The notes beneath the pieces are model-generated. The model searched no databases and was not told where the DNA came from. It worked only from the letters and a program-made list of their open reading frames with translations. Position numbers and translations under genes: made by a program. A stretch of DNA of 20,130 nucleotides from Zygophlyctis sp. KS116. Lineage: Eukaryota > Fungi > Chytridiomycota. Shown here piece by piece: positions 19,645 through 20,130 of this stretch. Position 1 is the first letter of the stretch, and every line of letters starts with the position of its first letter. The stretch lies in assembly GCA_054661495.1 (NCBI GenBank), contig BAAFSQ010000184.1, forward strand, positions 1 to 20,130, given 5' to 3'.

Positions 19645-20130
19645 TTAATCGTCCCAATCCTCGGAATCCTCATCGGAATCTATGAATTAAAGACGCGATC
19701 AAATACCTGATTCTCCCACAGCACCTTTTCGTCGATTTAATGCAGCCTTTAATGCAGCTGCTAAATCATCTCCAGTTTCTTCTACTGGTTCTGGGGATAC
19801 TTCTTGCGGACGTTCATTCTGGGGTTTCTTCAAAGAAGTAAGACCGGCATTTCTGATTGAAGACAAGAGATCATTGCGGCCATCGGGAGCCGGGGCCGCT
19901 TTAACTCGAGCAGGAGGAGGTACCTAATAGTTTCTTAACTTAAAATACTTACTGATTGTGAAGATGGTGGAGGAATTCCCTATACTATAAAATTTCTAGG
20001 ATCTTACCTGACGTGGCATTGCAGGTGGAGGAGGACCGCCCTATTATTTAAATATTTCTAAGATAGACTTACCATTCCTGGCATTGGAGGTGGAGGAGGA
20101 CCGCCCTATTATTTAAATATTTCTAAGATA
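19645..20130 (-). CDS. 3' end of a WASP/Las17-like nucleation-promoting factor (proline-rich, WH2, central, acidic); absent from the ORF track
   Basis: Exons 20073-20105 (GGPPPPPMPGM), 20008-20040 (GGPPPPAMPRQ), 19953-19979 (GIPPPSSQS), 19707-19923 (..DGRNDLLSSIRNAGLTSLKKP..DDLAAALKAALNRRKGAVGES) and 19645-19679 (DSDEDSEDWDD*). The N-terminus is outside the window, so the subfamily is inferred from the C region. Confidence 0.85.
20023..20130. repeat. Tandem exon+intron duplication (65-nt period) in the WASP-like proline-rich region
   Basis: 20023-20065 and 20088-20130 are identical over 43 nt, spanning exon and intron sequence. Confidence 0.92.

Noticed and set aside
1-20130. Circular joining of the two ends into a formin-WCA chimera
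   Set aside because: Both ends are minus-strand polyproline arrays, but their exon and intron sequences differ and there is no terminal overlap.

Overview
AT-rich, very compact eukaryotic DNA, most consistent with an early-diverging (chytrid-like) fungus; the taxon is inferred from gene content, not proven. By hand I resolved 11 protein-coding genes split by about 57 GT-AG introns, nearly all 24-34 nt, so the ORF track shows only fragments. Every complete spliced model has a length divisible by 3. From left to right: a Diaphanous/DAAM-type formin (-, runs off the left end in FH1); a ~2167-aa Pan1/intersectin-like protein (EH-EH-coiled coil-4xWH2-C-A-SH3-SH3-DH-PH-C2); a bacterial-type MgtE transporter; RPL36; an unknown ~770-aa protein with three membrane/PH-like repeats; an F-box-like LRR protein; mitoribosomal mL41; an unannotated ~199-aa stand-alone WH2-C-A protein; a SAM-domain Ste11-like MAPKKK; a secreted non-specific phospholipase C; and the 3' end of a WASP-like gene (-). 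The most notable signals are four actin-nucleation genes in 20 kb, an Arp2/3-activating WCA module embedded in a RhoGEF-bearing Pan1, a minimal WCA protein visible only after splicing, and polyproline tracts encoded as arrays of phase-0 micro-exons.
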